Origin: a bacterium
Lineage (GTDB): Bacteria; NPL-UPA2; JAUVJM01
DNA: 31,867 nucleotides
Direction: 5' to 3'
Assembly: GCA_030596585.1 (NCBI GenBank)
Contig: JAUVJM010000001.1
Location: forward strand, 1 to 31,867
In this document: positions 16,821-25,164 of the stretch, piece after piece
Position numbering within the stretch: position 1 is the first letter of the stretch
Layout: the number at the start of each line of letters is the position of its first letter
Notes under the pieces: model-generated
Told to the model about the DNA's origin: nothing
The model's database searches: none
The model's input: the letters and a program-made list of their open reading frames with translations, nothing else
Made by a program: the position numbers and the translations under genes

Positions 16821-17630
16821 TCAGTTTGTGCGATTCTGATGCGCAGGCAAGACAGCTGACTGCAGAGCCCATTTTACGCGGTTCTCATAACTTTTCAGGC
16901 TGGGAGTCCTCAGATTTGTCACAGGATTACCGTCGAGTATAAACCTGATGCTGGGGTCTATGGATGCCTTGGTTGCTTTGCCTACGAGAACGTGAATAAA
17001 CTGCACGAGATTTTGAAAGTGGGACGGCATCAGTTTTAGCAGTCCCAAAGATAAGAAATTAAACGATTCGGCTTCCACGCGAAAGAGCCTTCTTGGTTTA
17101 GAGGAGATTATGTCCAGCAGGTTTACCCACTTGTCCCTGGACACCTTTTTTTCAATGAGAACAGGCCTCACACCTATGCCTCCCCCACTCATCCCAACTA
17201 TTGGTCTGTAGACTTCTTGAAGTCTTATGTCCATTTTTCTTACTATTTCTTCTCTCCTGACCCGGGCGCAGGCAAGGAGTAGTATGTTGTCCCATTTGAC
17301 ATTCCACCTCCTTACGTTTCTTGGCACAGTACTCCCTTCCAGGTAGAGGAGTTCATCAGCTATCCTGCCGCTTCGAACCGCAATGGGTGATGGGAGTTCT
17401 ACCATTTTCCCCATCTCGATGGTGAAAGAGCGGATTCCGTTGTGTCTGAGCTGGAGTACGAGTTTTTGAGCAGAGGCTTCATCAAGGTCTTCGTTAACGA
17501 TACCGGATAAGCCTCCCATTTTCTTTCTGGCTTCAAAGAGAGGCATCTTCTTCGCTTTAGCCAGTGCATCGCTGACTTTGCTGATATCTACTCCCTCGAT
17601 CTCTTTTAACAAAACGGCGTACTTTCTCAT
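16821..17630 (-). CDS. Hypothetical protein, N-terminus resembling an L7/L12 C-terminal-like fold
   Basis: 269-aa ORF with GAGAGG RBS and its own promoter; fold resemblance is weak and by eye. Confidence 0.6.
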   Translation of the reverse strand: MRKYAVLLKEIEGVDISKVSDALAKAKKMPLFEARKKMGGLSGIVNEDLDEASAQKLVLQLRHNGIRSFTIEMGKMVELPSPIAVRSGRIADELLYLEGSTVPRNVRRWNVKWDNILLLACARVRREEIVRKMDIRLQEVYRPIVGMSGGGIGVRPVLIEKKVSRDKWVNLLDIISSKPRRLFRVEAESFNFLSLGLLKLMPSHFQNLVQFIHVLVGKATKASIDPSIRFILDGNPVTNLRTPSLKSYENRVKWALQSAVLPAHQNRTN

Positions 17631-17650
17631 CTTTTTTCCTCTCTATTCAT

Positions 17651-17680
17651 ATTGTATACGCCCAATTCAGCATAAGTCAA
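17651..17680 (-). promoter_or_regulatory. sigma70-type promoter
   Basis: Minus strand TTGACT-18 bp-TACAAT upstream of ATG 17630. Confidence 0.55.
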
Positions 17681-17762
17681 GCGCCCGTTATTTCCTTGCC
17701 CCTGGATGAGAGATGTGGTTTAATGAGAGACGATTGTAAGGCACACGTTAGGGAGGGGAACA

Positions 17763-18974
17763 ATGAGTGGAGAAAAGATAGTTGCGGACGCACTGGAAAG
17801 CGGGGAAGGAGTTCTGAGACTGGCTCCGGCATGGGTTCCGAGGCAGTTTTGCATACCGGGGCGCAGGATAAAATTGCATCCGGACGATTACTATGCCTTC
17901 GGCGCTCACAGGGGCGGGATAGATGAGCGCTGGTTTGCCTCAACTACCAAAGCTGACAACGGACCGGAGACAACGCCCAATGAGGGTTTGAGCTACGTCG
18001 TTTTTGAGGATGGCGGAGAATTGCACAGGATACTTCTCAAAGATGCTATCGAAGCTCTGGGTGGGGAGATTATAGGCGAACGTTTGATGTCGGAGTACGG
18101 CGGCTGGCCGGTTTTCTCGAAGTTCTTCGACAATAAGAATCCTATCCCTTTTCATCTTCACCAGGTGGAGGAACATGCAAAAAACGTGGGACGGGAGTCA
18201 AAGCCGGAGGCGTACTATTTTCCTCCGCAGATGAACAATTACGGGGCAGATTTCCCTTATACGTTTTTCGGACTTGAGCCTGCGGTAACCAAAGACCAAA
18301 TCATCCAATGCCTGAGGGACTGGGGCAAAGGCGATAACCACATTACTGACCTCTCCCGCGCTTACAGACTGCGAGTCGGAACCGGGTGGGATGTGCCCGC
18401 GGGTATATTGCATGCCCCGGGGAGTTTGTGCACCTATGAGCCTCAGTATGCGAGTGATGTATTCGCAATGTTTCAATCCATGGTGGCAGATATGCCTCTC
18501 TCGCGGGAATTGCTTGTGAAGGACGTTCCGGGGGATAAGCATCAGGATTTTGACTACATTGCGTCAATGATCGACTGGGAACTGAACACTGACCCCAACT
18601 TTTTCGAGAACAGATTTATGGAACCCAGACCTGTGCGACCTGTCGAGGAGATGAAAGAGGCTGGCTATATAGAGAGGTGGATTGCATACCGCAGTAAGGA
18701 TTTCAGTGCGAAAGAGCTTGTTGTCTTGCCCGGATGCACCGTAACCATTTCGGACAGTGCCTGCTACGGATTTATTCTGGTTCAGGGGTACGGCACGTTT
18801 GGTAAACGGAAGATAGAGACTCCTGCATTGATACGGTTCGGCGAGCTTACGAACGACGAGTTTTTTGTTAGCGAAAAAGCGGCAAAATCCGGCATCACAA
18901 TCAAGAACCTTTCAGGCACCGAACCACTCGTCATGCTGAAACTCTTCGGACCCGGAAATCCAGAATCCGTTTAG
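17763..18974 (+). CDS. Cupin-fold sugar-phosphate isomerase-like protein (type I phosphomannose isomerase-like)
   Basis: PFHLHQ, KPEAYYF, GILHAPG and YEPQ resemble PMI metal-binding segments; GGAGGG RBS. Confidence 0.6.
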   Translation: MSGEKIVADALESGEGVLRLAPAWVPRQFCIPGRRIKLHPDDYYAFGAHRGGIDERWFASTTKADNGPETTPNEGLSYVVFEDGGELHRILLKDAIEALGGEIIGERLMSEYGGWPVFSKFFDNKNPIPFHLHQVEEHAKNVGRESKPEAYYFPPQMNNYGADFPYTFFGLEPAVTKDQIIQCLRDWGKGDNHITDLSRAYRLRVGTGWDVPAGILHAPGSLCTYEPQYASDVFAMFQSMVADMPLSRELLVKDVPGDKHQDFDYIASMIDWELNTDPNFFENRFMEPRPVRPVEEMKEAGYIERWIAYRSKDFSAKELVVLPGCTVTISDSACYGFILVQGYGTFGKRKIETPALIRFGELTNDEFFVSEKAAKSGITIKNLSGTEPLVMLKLFGPGNPESV

Positions 18975-18983
18975 TCAGGAACA

Positions 18984-20078
18984 TCACCGGCAGCCGAAGC
19001 AGGTTCCGATGGAGCAAGCGGACCTTATCAGCGGATGATTTGGAGGGACTGTTCTTGCTCCCCCGGCTACTTTATCCAGGGAAACGTTAACAAGTGAATT
19101 GTTTTTCACTCCCACCATGTACCCGAATTCCCCGTTCTCTATCATGTCAACTGCTTTAGTTCCCAGCCGTGTTGCCAGTACCCGGTCGAAAGGGGTTGGG
19201 CAGCCGCCTCTCTGAAGGTGTCCCATAACTACGGTGCGGGTCTCAAGACCCGTTGCTTTCTCTATCTGGTCTCCGAGAACAAAACCTATTCCTCCCAGTC
19301 GAACGGGGTCCGCACTCTCTTCGACAATCCTTCGTATTACGATATCGCCGCCTTTTGGCTTTGCGCCTTCCGAAACTACCACGATACTAAATCTCCGTCC
19401 TTTTTTGTTTCTTTCCTTTACTTTTTCGGCTATAACGCCGATGTTGTACGGGATTTCCGGGATAAGGATAATATCCCCGCCCCCGGCCACTCCGGAATGA
19501 AGCGCAATCCATCCGGCGTTGTGTCCCATAACCTCTACGATCATAATCCGGTGGTGGGACTGGGCGGTTGAATGGAGCCTGTCTACGCCGTCGGTTGCAA
19601 TCTGTACTGCGGAATTAAACCCGAAGGTAATGTCCGTTCCTCTTATGTCATTGTCTATGGTTTTTGGAACTCCGACAATGGGGACACCGTCGGTAAACAG
19701 TTGGTGGGCTATGCCCAAAGACCCGTCTCCTCCTATGCACACAAGGCAGGATACCTTAAGTCGTTTGATGTTCCTGACAGCGGTTTTTGACATGTCCTTA
19801 AATTCCAGCTTTTTGCCTTTTCTTATGGCATACCTGTACGGGTTTGCTTTTTTGGAAGTGCCGAGAATTGTGCCGCCTGATGTGAGTATTCCGGAAACGT
19901 CGTCGTACTCGAGTTTTCTGTGCCGGTTGGCTATGAGACCGTCATACCCGTCTTCTATGCCGACGACCTCCATACCTTTCTCACCGATTGCTTTCTTGGC
20001 GATGGCTCGTATGACTGCGTTTAATCCGGGACAGTCCCCGCCGCCGGTAAGAATTGCAATTCTTTTTTTACTTTTCAT
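18984..20078 (-). CDS. pfkA: 6-phosphofructokinase (group III type, probably ATP-dependent)
   Basis: GGGDCPG, GGDGS (Gly suggests ATP), PKTIDND, EVMGH, GHLQRGG. Start chosen at 20078 because ATG 20090 overlaps a TATAAT box. Confidence 0.92.
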   Translation of the reverse strand: MKSKKRIAILTGGGDCPGLNAVIRAIAKKAIGEKGMEVVGIEDGYDGLIANRHRKLEYDDVSGILTSGGTILGTSKKANPYRYAIRKGKKLEFKDMSKTAVRNIKRLKVSCLVCIGGDGSLGIAHQLFTDGVPIVGVPKTIDNDIRGTDITFGFNSAVQIATDGVDRLHSTAQSHHRIMIVEVMGHNAGWIALHSGVAGGGDIILIPEIPYNIGVIAEKVKERNKKGRRFSIVVVSEGAKPKGGDIVIRRIVEESADPVRLGGIGFVLGDQIEKATGLETRTVVMGHLQRGGCPTPFDRVLATRLGTKAVDMIENGEFGYMVGVKNNSLVNVSLDKVAGGARTVPPNHPLIRSACSIGTCFGCR

Positions 20079-20142
20079 AGTGTCTCGCATTATACATCCA
20101 AATCCGTATAATCAAAACATTTTTTTCGCGGCAAATATTCGA

Positions 20143-20171
20143 TTGGCAAAGCATATATATTCTTGTATACT
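20143..20171 (+). promoter_or_regulatory. sigma70-type promoter
   Basis: TTGGCA-17 bp-TATACT upstream of the AAGGAG RBS of 20219. Confidence 0.5.
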
Positions 20172-20218
20172 CACAGTCAGGCAAGCGATAAACATATAAA
20201 GAGAAAGGAGCGTGGAAA

Positions 20219-20809
20219 ATGGTAGAGGGGAAAGTGCTTGATTCCGCATTTTTGGAGAAACAGTATCTGTTTCGCAGGAAGGTATTTACTTTATTGGGAA
20301 AGGCTTTCCATGTCTATGACGACAGAGGAAATCTTGTGTTTTACTCAAGGCAGAAGCCTTTCAAGCTGAGAGAAGACTTCCGGGTATATTCTGACCAAAC
20401 GCGCTCAAAAGAGCTTTTGATTATCAAGACTCCTCAGATTTTTGACATCAGCGCCGTCTACGGTGTACAGGATGCAACTACGGGCGAAGTAGTCGGAGCT
20501 ATCAAGCGGATGGGATTCAAATCTATCCTCAAGGATGAGTGGATTTTCATGTCCACTGAGGGATGTGAAATAGGAAAATTAACGGAAGCCAGCCTGGCGG
20601 GGGCTCTTTTCAGCAGGTTTGTCAATTTTATTCCCCAGCAATATGTTGTTCTTGCAGAGGGTAGAGAGGTTGCCAGGATAAACCAGCATTTCAATCCTTT
20701 CATACTCAAGTACACGCTGACAATAGCCGAAGAGGCACCCCCAATTGACAGAAGACTTCTGATCGCCGCCGGGATTCTTTTATCCGGCATCGAAAGGAGA
20801 CAGAAGTAA
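20219..20809 (+). CDS. LURP-one/scramblase-like (Tubby C-terminal-like) protein
   Basis: YLFRRKVFTLLGKAFHVYD..G, QKPFKLREDFRVY and IDRRLLIAAGILL fit this family. Confidence 0.7.
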   Translation: MVEGKVLDSAFLEKQYLFRRKVFTLLGKAFHVYDDRGNLVFYSRQKPFKLREDFRVYSDQTRSKELLIIKTPQIFDISAVYGVQDATTGEVVGAIKRMGFKSILKDEWIFMSTEGCEIGKLTEASLAGALFSRFVNFIPQQYVVLAEGREVARINQHFNPFILKYTLTIAEEAPPIDRRLLIAAGILLSGIERRQK

Positions 20810-20828
20810 GAGAGTGAATCGAGAGTAA

Positions 20829-21881
20829 ATGAGAAAGCTAATTTCGCTTGTCTTAGTGTTTTTTGTGCTCGGTCTTGCTGCTTTTTGTTTAGTTGTGAGG
20901 GCACAAGTTAAGGATGATGTCTCGGATTCCTCGGCTTTACCTGTCGAGGGTTATAGCTCCAAAGTTGTCAAGGTTGTTGACGGAGACACTTTGGTTCTTT
21001 CTAATGGAGAGAAAATCCGCCTCATTGGGGTAGATACTCCGGAAATAGCCCATCCCCTGAAATCTGTCCAGTATTTCGCTAAAGAAGCAGGCTCCTTTAC
21101 GAAAACGATGGTTGAGGGGAAAAAGGTAAGATTGGAACTTGACTGGCAAAAGAGGGATAAATACGATAGGCTTCTTGCTTATGTCTATCTTAAAGATGGC
21201 ACCTTTCTTAACGCTGAGATAATTAAACAGGGATACGGATTTGCCTATACAAGGTTCCCATTCAAATACTTGGAAGAATTCAGGAGATATCAGAAAGAAG
21301 CAAGAGAGAATAATCGGGGATTATGGTGTGGCGGCGGCGAAGCTGAGTTAAGATGGCTGGAGGCACGTGTAAGAGAGCCATTTAGAGTTTATAAAATGGC
21401 TAATGACCTTTGGGGAGTTAAATTCAAGATTTTCGTTAGGACGCGGGTAAGTAATGATGAGCTGGTCCCGATATTGGAAGAGGCAGAAGTCTTAGCTAAC
21501 GGGTGCCACGAGAGAGATTTGGAGATGGAACTTCTACGGAGAGGCTGGAAGAAGGACTCAGATGAACCTCCCGAGAAGCTTGAAGTAATTTCATGGATGG
21601 ATGCTCACAAATATTATGGAGAAAAGGTAATTGTGGAGGGGACGGTTGTAGCCGCTTTCAACTCAGGGAAAGCCTGTTTTCTAAATTTTCATAAGAACTG
21701 GAAAAAATATTTCACTGCTGTTATTTTTCAATCTGCCTCTGATAAGTTTCCTGAACATCCGGAACTCTATTATAAGGATAAGAAAGTCCGAATTACGGGA
21801 GTGATTAAGGAATATAAAGGCCAACCGGAGATCGTTTTGAAACATCCATCTCAGATAAAGGTTGTTGATTCAGACAGTTAG
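20829..21881 (+). CDS. Membrane-anchored or secreted thermonuclease (SNase) with C-terminal OB-fold
   Basis: N-terminal hydrophobic segment; VVDGDT, IRLIGVDTPE, DKYDRLLAYV catalytic motifs; C-terminal VIVEGTV...FLNF...VRITGVIKEYKGQPEI OB-fold. Confidence 0.85.
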   Translation: MRKLISLVLVFFVLGLAAFCLVVRAQVKDDVSDSSALPVEGYSSKVVKVVDGDTLVLSNGEKIRLIGVDTPEIAHPLKSVQYFAKEAGSFTKTMVEGKKVRLELDWQKRDKYDRLLAYVYLKDGTFLNAEIIKQGYGFAYTRFPFKYLEEFRRYQKEARENNRGLWCGGGEAELRWLEARVREPFRVYKMANDLWGVKFKIFVRTRVSNDELVPILEEAEVLANGCHERDLEMELLRRGWKKDSDEPPEKLEVISWMDAHKYYGEKVIVEGTVVAAFNSGKACFLNFHKNWKKYFTAVIFQSASDKFPEHPELYYKDKKVRITGVIKEYKGQPEIVLKHPSQIKVVDSDS

Positions 21882-21969
21882 ATTCATTTACCGTAGAGGC
21901 AAGATTCGGATATTTGGTGCTGGCTATTGGAGGAAGGGAGAAACATATTATGAGAAAGAAACCGGTTGA
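21874..21969 (+). pseudogene. brnT: C-terminal remnant of a BrnT-family toxin
   Basis: Reads TVRFIYRRGKIRIFGAGYWRKGETYYEKETG*; frame is closed by TAA at 21856-21858, so the N-terminal half is absent. Not in the ORF track. Confidence 0.75.
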
Positions 21970-22192
21970 TCCAAACAAGCCTGTTGGGAAAATGACCAGA
22001 GTTGAAGATTTTCTCCCCCCGCCTGGCAAGTTGGCTGCCTTAGAAAAGACTGTGAAGGTCACAATATCTCTGAGTGAATCAAGTGTGGATTTCTTTAAGC
22101 ACCAGGCGAGAGAACACCACACGAAATATCAAAAGATGATCCGTGAGCTGGTCGATATATACGCAACACAATATTCACAGCCAGGCAGGTAA
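21950..22192 (+). CDS. BrnA/CopG-like RHH antitoxin
   Basis: RVEDFLPPP..L...KVTISLS..SVDFFK..A......YQKMIRELVD.Y; overlaps the toxin remnant's end; start ATG 21950. Confidence 0.8.
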   Translation: MRKKPVDPNKPVGKMTRVEDFLPPPGKLAALEKTVKVTISLSESSVDFFKHQAREHHTKYQKMIRELVDIYATQYSQPGR

Positions 22193-22204
22193 AGGGAACC
22201 AACA

Positions 22205-22957
22205 ATGCCAAAAAGAACTAAAACTTACTTCCAAAGCCTTGGGACCGGTTACAGGTTTGACCCTTACGACGGGAGGGATAAAATCTTTCTTGCCCCGCCC
22301 AGGATACTGCCCAAACGCATAGATAATAGGGAAGAATGCACCCCAGTCAGAAATCAGGGGACAGAGGGCAGCTGCACGGGACATGCCATGGTAGCTGTTG
22401 CTGAACTGCTCTACTGGAGAAAACTTGGTTCACCGCCCAACCTGAGCGAAAGATGGGCTTATGAGAAAGCAAAGCTTCATGATGAATGGGATGGGACAAA
22501 CTACGAAGGCTCCAGCATCAGAGGCGCGGTCAAAGCATGGGCAAACGAAGGGATTTGCCCGGAAGAATCCTGGCCGTACAAAGCAAAGAACCCGGGCAAG
22601 CCGAAACCCGATGCCGGTGCCAAAGCAGGGGAATATCCAATTGCCAAATATGAGCGTTGCCTCGGGATAGATCACATCAAACATGCAATACACTACAGGG
22701 GTTGTGTCATTGCCGGCGCCAACGTTCATAAAGGTTGGTTCTCAACCATCGGGAAAGAAATAATCCCGTTCAAACCTGACTATTCCCAGGAAGGCGGGCA
22801 TGCAATAACATTGGTCGGATACGATGATGAGAAAGAAGTTTTCTGGGTGAAGAATTCCTGGGGTGAGGAATGGGGTAAGAAAGGCTTTGCAGGACTTACC
22901 TACAAAGACGTTCTGGTAAACATCAGGGACGTCTGGATGGCGAGCATTCCGGACTGA
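22205..22957 (+). CDS. Papain-like cysteine peptidase (C1 family)
   Basis: NQGTEGSC (oxyanion Gln and catalytic Cys), GGHAI (His), KNSWG (Asn); no signal peptide. Confidence 0.9.
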   Translation: MPKRTKTYFQSLGTGYRFDPYDGRDKIFLAPPRILPKRIDNREECTPVRNQGTEGSCTGHAMVAVAELLYWRKLGSPPNLSERWAYEKAKLHDEWDGTNYEGSSIRGAVKAWANEGICPEESWPYKAKNPGKPKPDAGAKAGEYPIAKYERCLGIDHIKHAIHYRGCVIAGANVHKGWFSTIGKEIIPFKPDYSQEGGHAITLVGYDDEKEVFWVKNSWGEEWGKKGFAGLTYKDVLVNIRDVWMASIPD

Positions 22958-23087
22958 ACCGGGTCGTAGTGAACTTTGTCCTGAAAGTGTCGAAGAGCGC
23001 TGCCGAGAGCTGTGCTTAAAAAGGAGTTTTTTGCAGGGTCGTTATCATAATTGAATAGTATAGGAATTTCCTTTTTGCGCAACTTTA

Positions 23088-23117
23088 TTAGCGGGACGGG
23101 CATGCCCGTCCCGTTAA
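23088..23117. repeat. GC-rich near-perfect palindrome (terminator or REP-like)
   Basis: CGGGACGGGCATGCCCGTCCCG is a perfect 22-bp palindrome (23092-23113) with AT-rich flanks on both sides. Confidence 0.6.
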
Positions 23118-23158
23118 TTTAATCCATTGACGAATTATGTGAGAGGAGGAAGTATCAG

Positions 23159-23734
23159 ATGAAAAAATTTGTTGCAGTTTATGTTCTGCTGTTTTTCTGC
23201 GTTTTGGGGACGCATGTGCCAGGTCAAACGGAGAGTTTTTATGCAGAGGGTTATGTTGCGGAGAATGATAAGATTCTCCACATCAAGGATTCAATTGCGG
23301 TATGGAATGCAGAGGATGAAGAGCTAAAGGTTTATTTCTACCCGTTTAAACTCACGGCGGAGGATATCAAAAAGGTTTCTGGTGGTCATCCGGGTTTCAT
23401 TGCTTACGGGAAGCCAAGCCCGGACGAATCAAAGTGGCAATGGTGTCCATTTGGAGCGATTAGCATAAAATTTGGCGAAGAAGTCAAGGACAGGAAGTTG
23501 GAAACCATTACCTGGATTAACTGCATTCTCTACGGGCTTACTAAGAAGAACCACACAATGAATATCAACCGTAACGGTCAAGAAGCCAGAGACTCTTTTG
23601 ACACATTCGTGATAACAAGCGCCAAGAATCAGGATGTCCTCGAGGTGTCTACTAAAGGGGAGTACGCTTCCTTTTCCGGTGGCTCGAAATACTCATGGGA
23701 TTTGAAGGCGCGCACTAAAATCTTTGCAAAGTAG
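23159..23734 (+). CDS. Secreted hypothetical protein
   Basis: GGAGG RBS; MKK + hydrophobic signal peptide; no family recognised. Confidence 0.7.
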   Translation: MKKFVAVYVLLFFCVLGTHVPGQTESFYAEGYVAENDKILHIKDSIAVWNAEDEELKVYFYPFKLTAEDIKKVSGGHPGFIAYGKPSPDESKWQWCPFGAISIKFGEEVKDRKLETITWINCILYGLTKKNHTMNINRNGQEARDSFDTFVITSAKNQDVLEVSTKGEYASFSGGSKYSWDLKARTKIFAK

Positions 23735-23775
23735 TCCATTTCATAAATAGTGTTATGTGTTCCCTTGACTGATAG

Positions 23776-23867
23776 AGATTCTTCATTCCTTCGCTTTGCT
23801 CGAGGACAGGCGCTTTGCGACTCAGAATGACAGAATGGAATGTCATTCTGAGCGAAGCGAAGAATCT
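23776..23867. repeat. Palindromic REP-like element (GTCATT/AATGAC family, CTGAG type)
   Basis: AGATTCTTC...CTCAGAATGACA-N8-TGTCATTCTGAGCGAAGCGAAGAATCT. Confidence 0.8.
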
Positions 23868-24019
23868 AATATCAAGACTCGTCAGAATACGTAACCTAAC
23901 TTATGAAGAGAACCACTAAGTAAAGTTCTGGCTGTCTGTAATAATCTATCTCGCCGCACTCTTGCAACTCTATAACCTATAGGCTAAGCTTACATATGAT
24001 TTCGGGCAGGCGGTTTTGA

Positions 24020-24049
24020 TTGACGCTGAGCAAAGGAGTGGTGTATCAT
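24020..24049 (+). promoter_or_regulatory. sigma70-type promoter upstream of tRNA
   Basis: TTGACG-18 bp-TATCAT. Confidence 0.5.
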
Positions 24050-24136
24050 ACGTCGATGAAGAGGAAGCCTGGGCTAAAGTTTCACACTTTGGTTTTTCAG
24101 AAAGGACTTAAGTGTAGTTAATTCGTCAGCTCAAGA

Positions 24137-24214
24137 GCGCCCGTAGCTCAGTCAGGATAGAGCAGCGGTTTCCTAAACCGCGGGCCGGAGGTTCGAGTCC
24201 TCTCGGGCGCACCA
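24137..24214 (+). tRNA. tRNA-Arg (anticodon CCT)
   Basis: Cloverleaf: acceptor GCGCCCG/CGGGCGC, D stem GCTC/GAGC, anticodon stem GCGGT/ACCGC with loop TTCCTAA, GTTCGAGT T-loop, encoded CCA. Confidence 0.97.
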
Positions 24215-24259
24215 GGATACGTTATTTTGACGTATCGGAATCGCAAAAGGCTATTATAA

Positions 24260-24562
24260 ATGAATAAATTGCCTTCAGCATTGAAGAAATATTTCTGGGA
24301 CGTGGAATTCGAAAAGATAGAGTTCAGCAAACGCAAGATATATGTTTTGAAGCGGCTTTTGGAATATGGTGATGAGAAAGCCATTGATTGGATGTGGGAG
24401 AATTTCAAGAAGTCAGAGATGGAAGATGCATTAGTTAATTTCCGTGGATATTCTCGAAAAAGTGCTAATTTTTGGGCACTTATACTAAATGTGCCGAGGG
24501 AGAGGATATTATGTTTGAGGAAACGCTCACCGAAGGGGCAAAAGACAAACTGGCCTTATTAG
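24260..24562 (+). CDS. DUF6922-like small protein (probable antitoxin partner)
   Basis: LKKYFWDV.FEKI......YVLKRLLEYGD..AI.W pattern; lies directly upstream of an AbiEii-like gene. Confidence 0.7.
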   Translation: MNKLPSALKKYFWDVEFEKIEFSKRKIYVLKRLLEYGDEKAIDWMWENFKKSEMEDALVNFRGYSRKSANFWALILNVPRERILCLRKRSPKGQKTNWPY

Positions 24563-25164
24563 GGCAGTCAGGCGTTTTACGGAATGCCTATTTGGCAGGT
24601 GGTACGGCAGCGGCTCTCCAGATAGGGCACCGTATTTCTGTGGATTTTGACTTCTTTACTGCTAAAGAATTTGTACCAAGTGTTTTTTCTGCAGAATTGT
24701 CAAAGTTTGGTTTATTTGACGAAGAGCAAGCAAATAAGGGGAGTGTTTTAGGCGAATTTGAAGGGATAAGCTTTAGCCTTTTTATCTATGAATACCCATT
24801 GATTTTCCCGGCAGTAAAATATCTCTCCTTGGATATAGCGGATATTAGAGACATAGCTGCTATGAAAATAGATGCTGTAGCAACCCGGGGAACAAAAAGA
24901 GATTTCATCGACTTGTACTTCATATGTCAATCCGGGTATCGATTAGTTGAGTTGTTGGATTTCTATAACAAAAAATACCAAAACTTAGCTTCTAACCTTG
25001 TTCATATTCAAAAGAGTTTGGTATTTTTTGATGATGCTGAGCCTGACGAAACGCCAAGGATGCTAAAAGAAGTAGACTGGGAAAAGGTAAAGGATTTTTT
25101 TGAAAATGGAGTGAGGGATGCGGCTTTGGCACAATGTTTCCGGAAGGAGATGAGCGGCAAATGA
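24511..25164 (+). CDS. AbiEii/AbiGii-family nucleotidyltransferase (type IV TA toxin-like)
   Basis: YLAGGTAAALQIGHRISVDFDFF; IAAMKIDA...RG.KRDFIDLY; start ATG 24511. Confidence 0.88.
   Translation: MFEETLTEGAKDKLALLGQSGVLRNAYLAGGTAAALQIGHRISVDFDFFTAKEFVPSVFSAELSKFGLFDEEQANKGSVLGEFEGISFSLFIYEYPLIFPAVKYLSLDIADIRDIAAMKIDAVATRGTKRDFIDLYFICQSGYRLVELLDFYNKKYQNLASNLVHIQKSLVFFDDAEPDETPRMLKEVDWEKVKDFFENGVRDAALAQCFRKEMSGK

Noticed and set aside
19218-20199. Several plus-strand ORFs opposite pfk (including 226 aa)
   Set aside because: Antisense shadows of a well-supported gene.
22900-23103. 67-aa minus-strand ORF (..LFNYDNDPAKNSF..)
   Set aside because: Starts inside the palindrome, overlaps the peptidase end, has no RBS and no family I can support; could be a gene fragment but evidence is insufficient.
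24137-25164. Integrative element at tRNA-Arg
   Set aside because: No duplicate of the tRNA 3' end and no integrase in the window.
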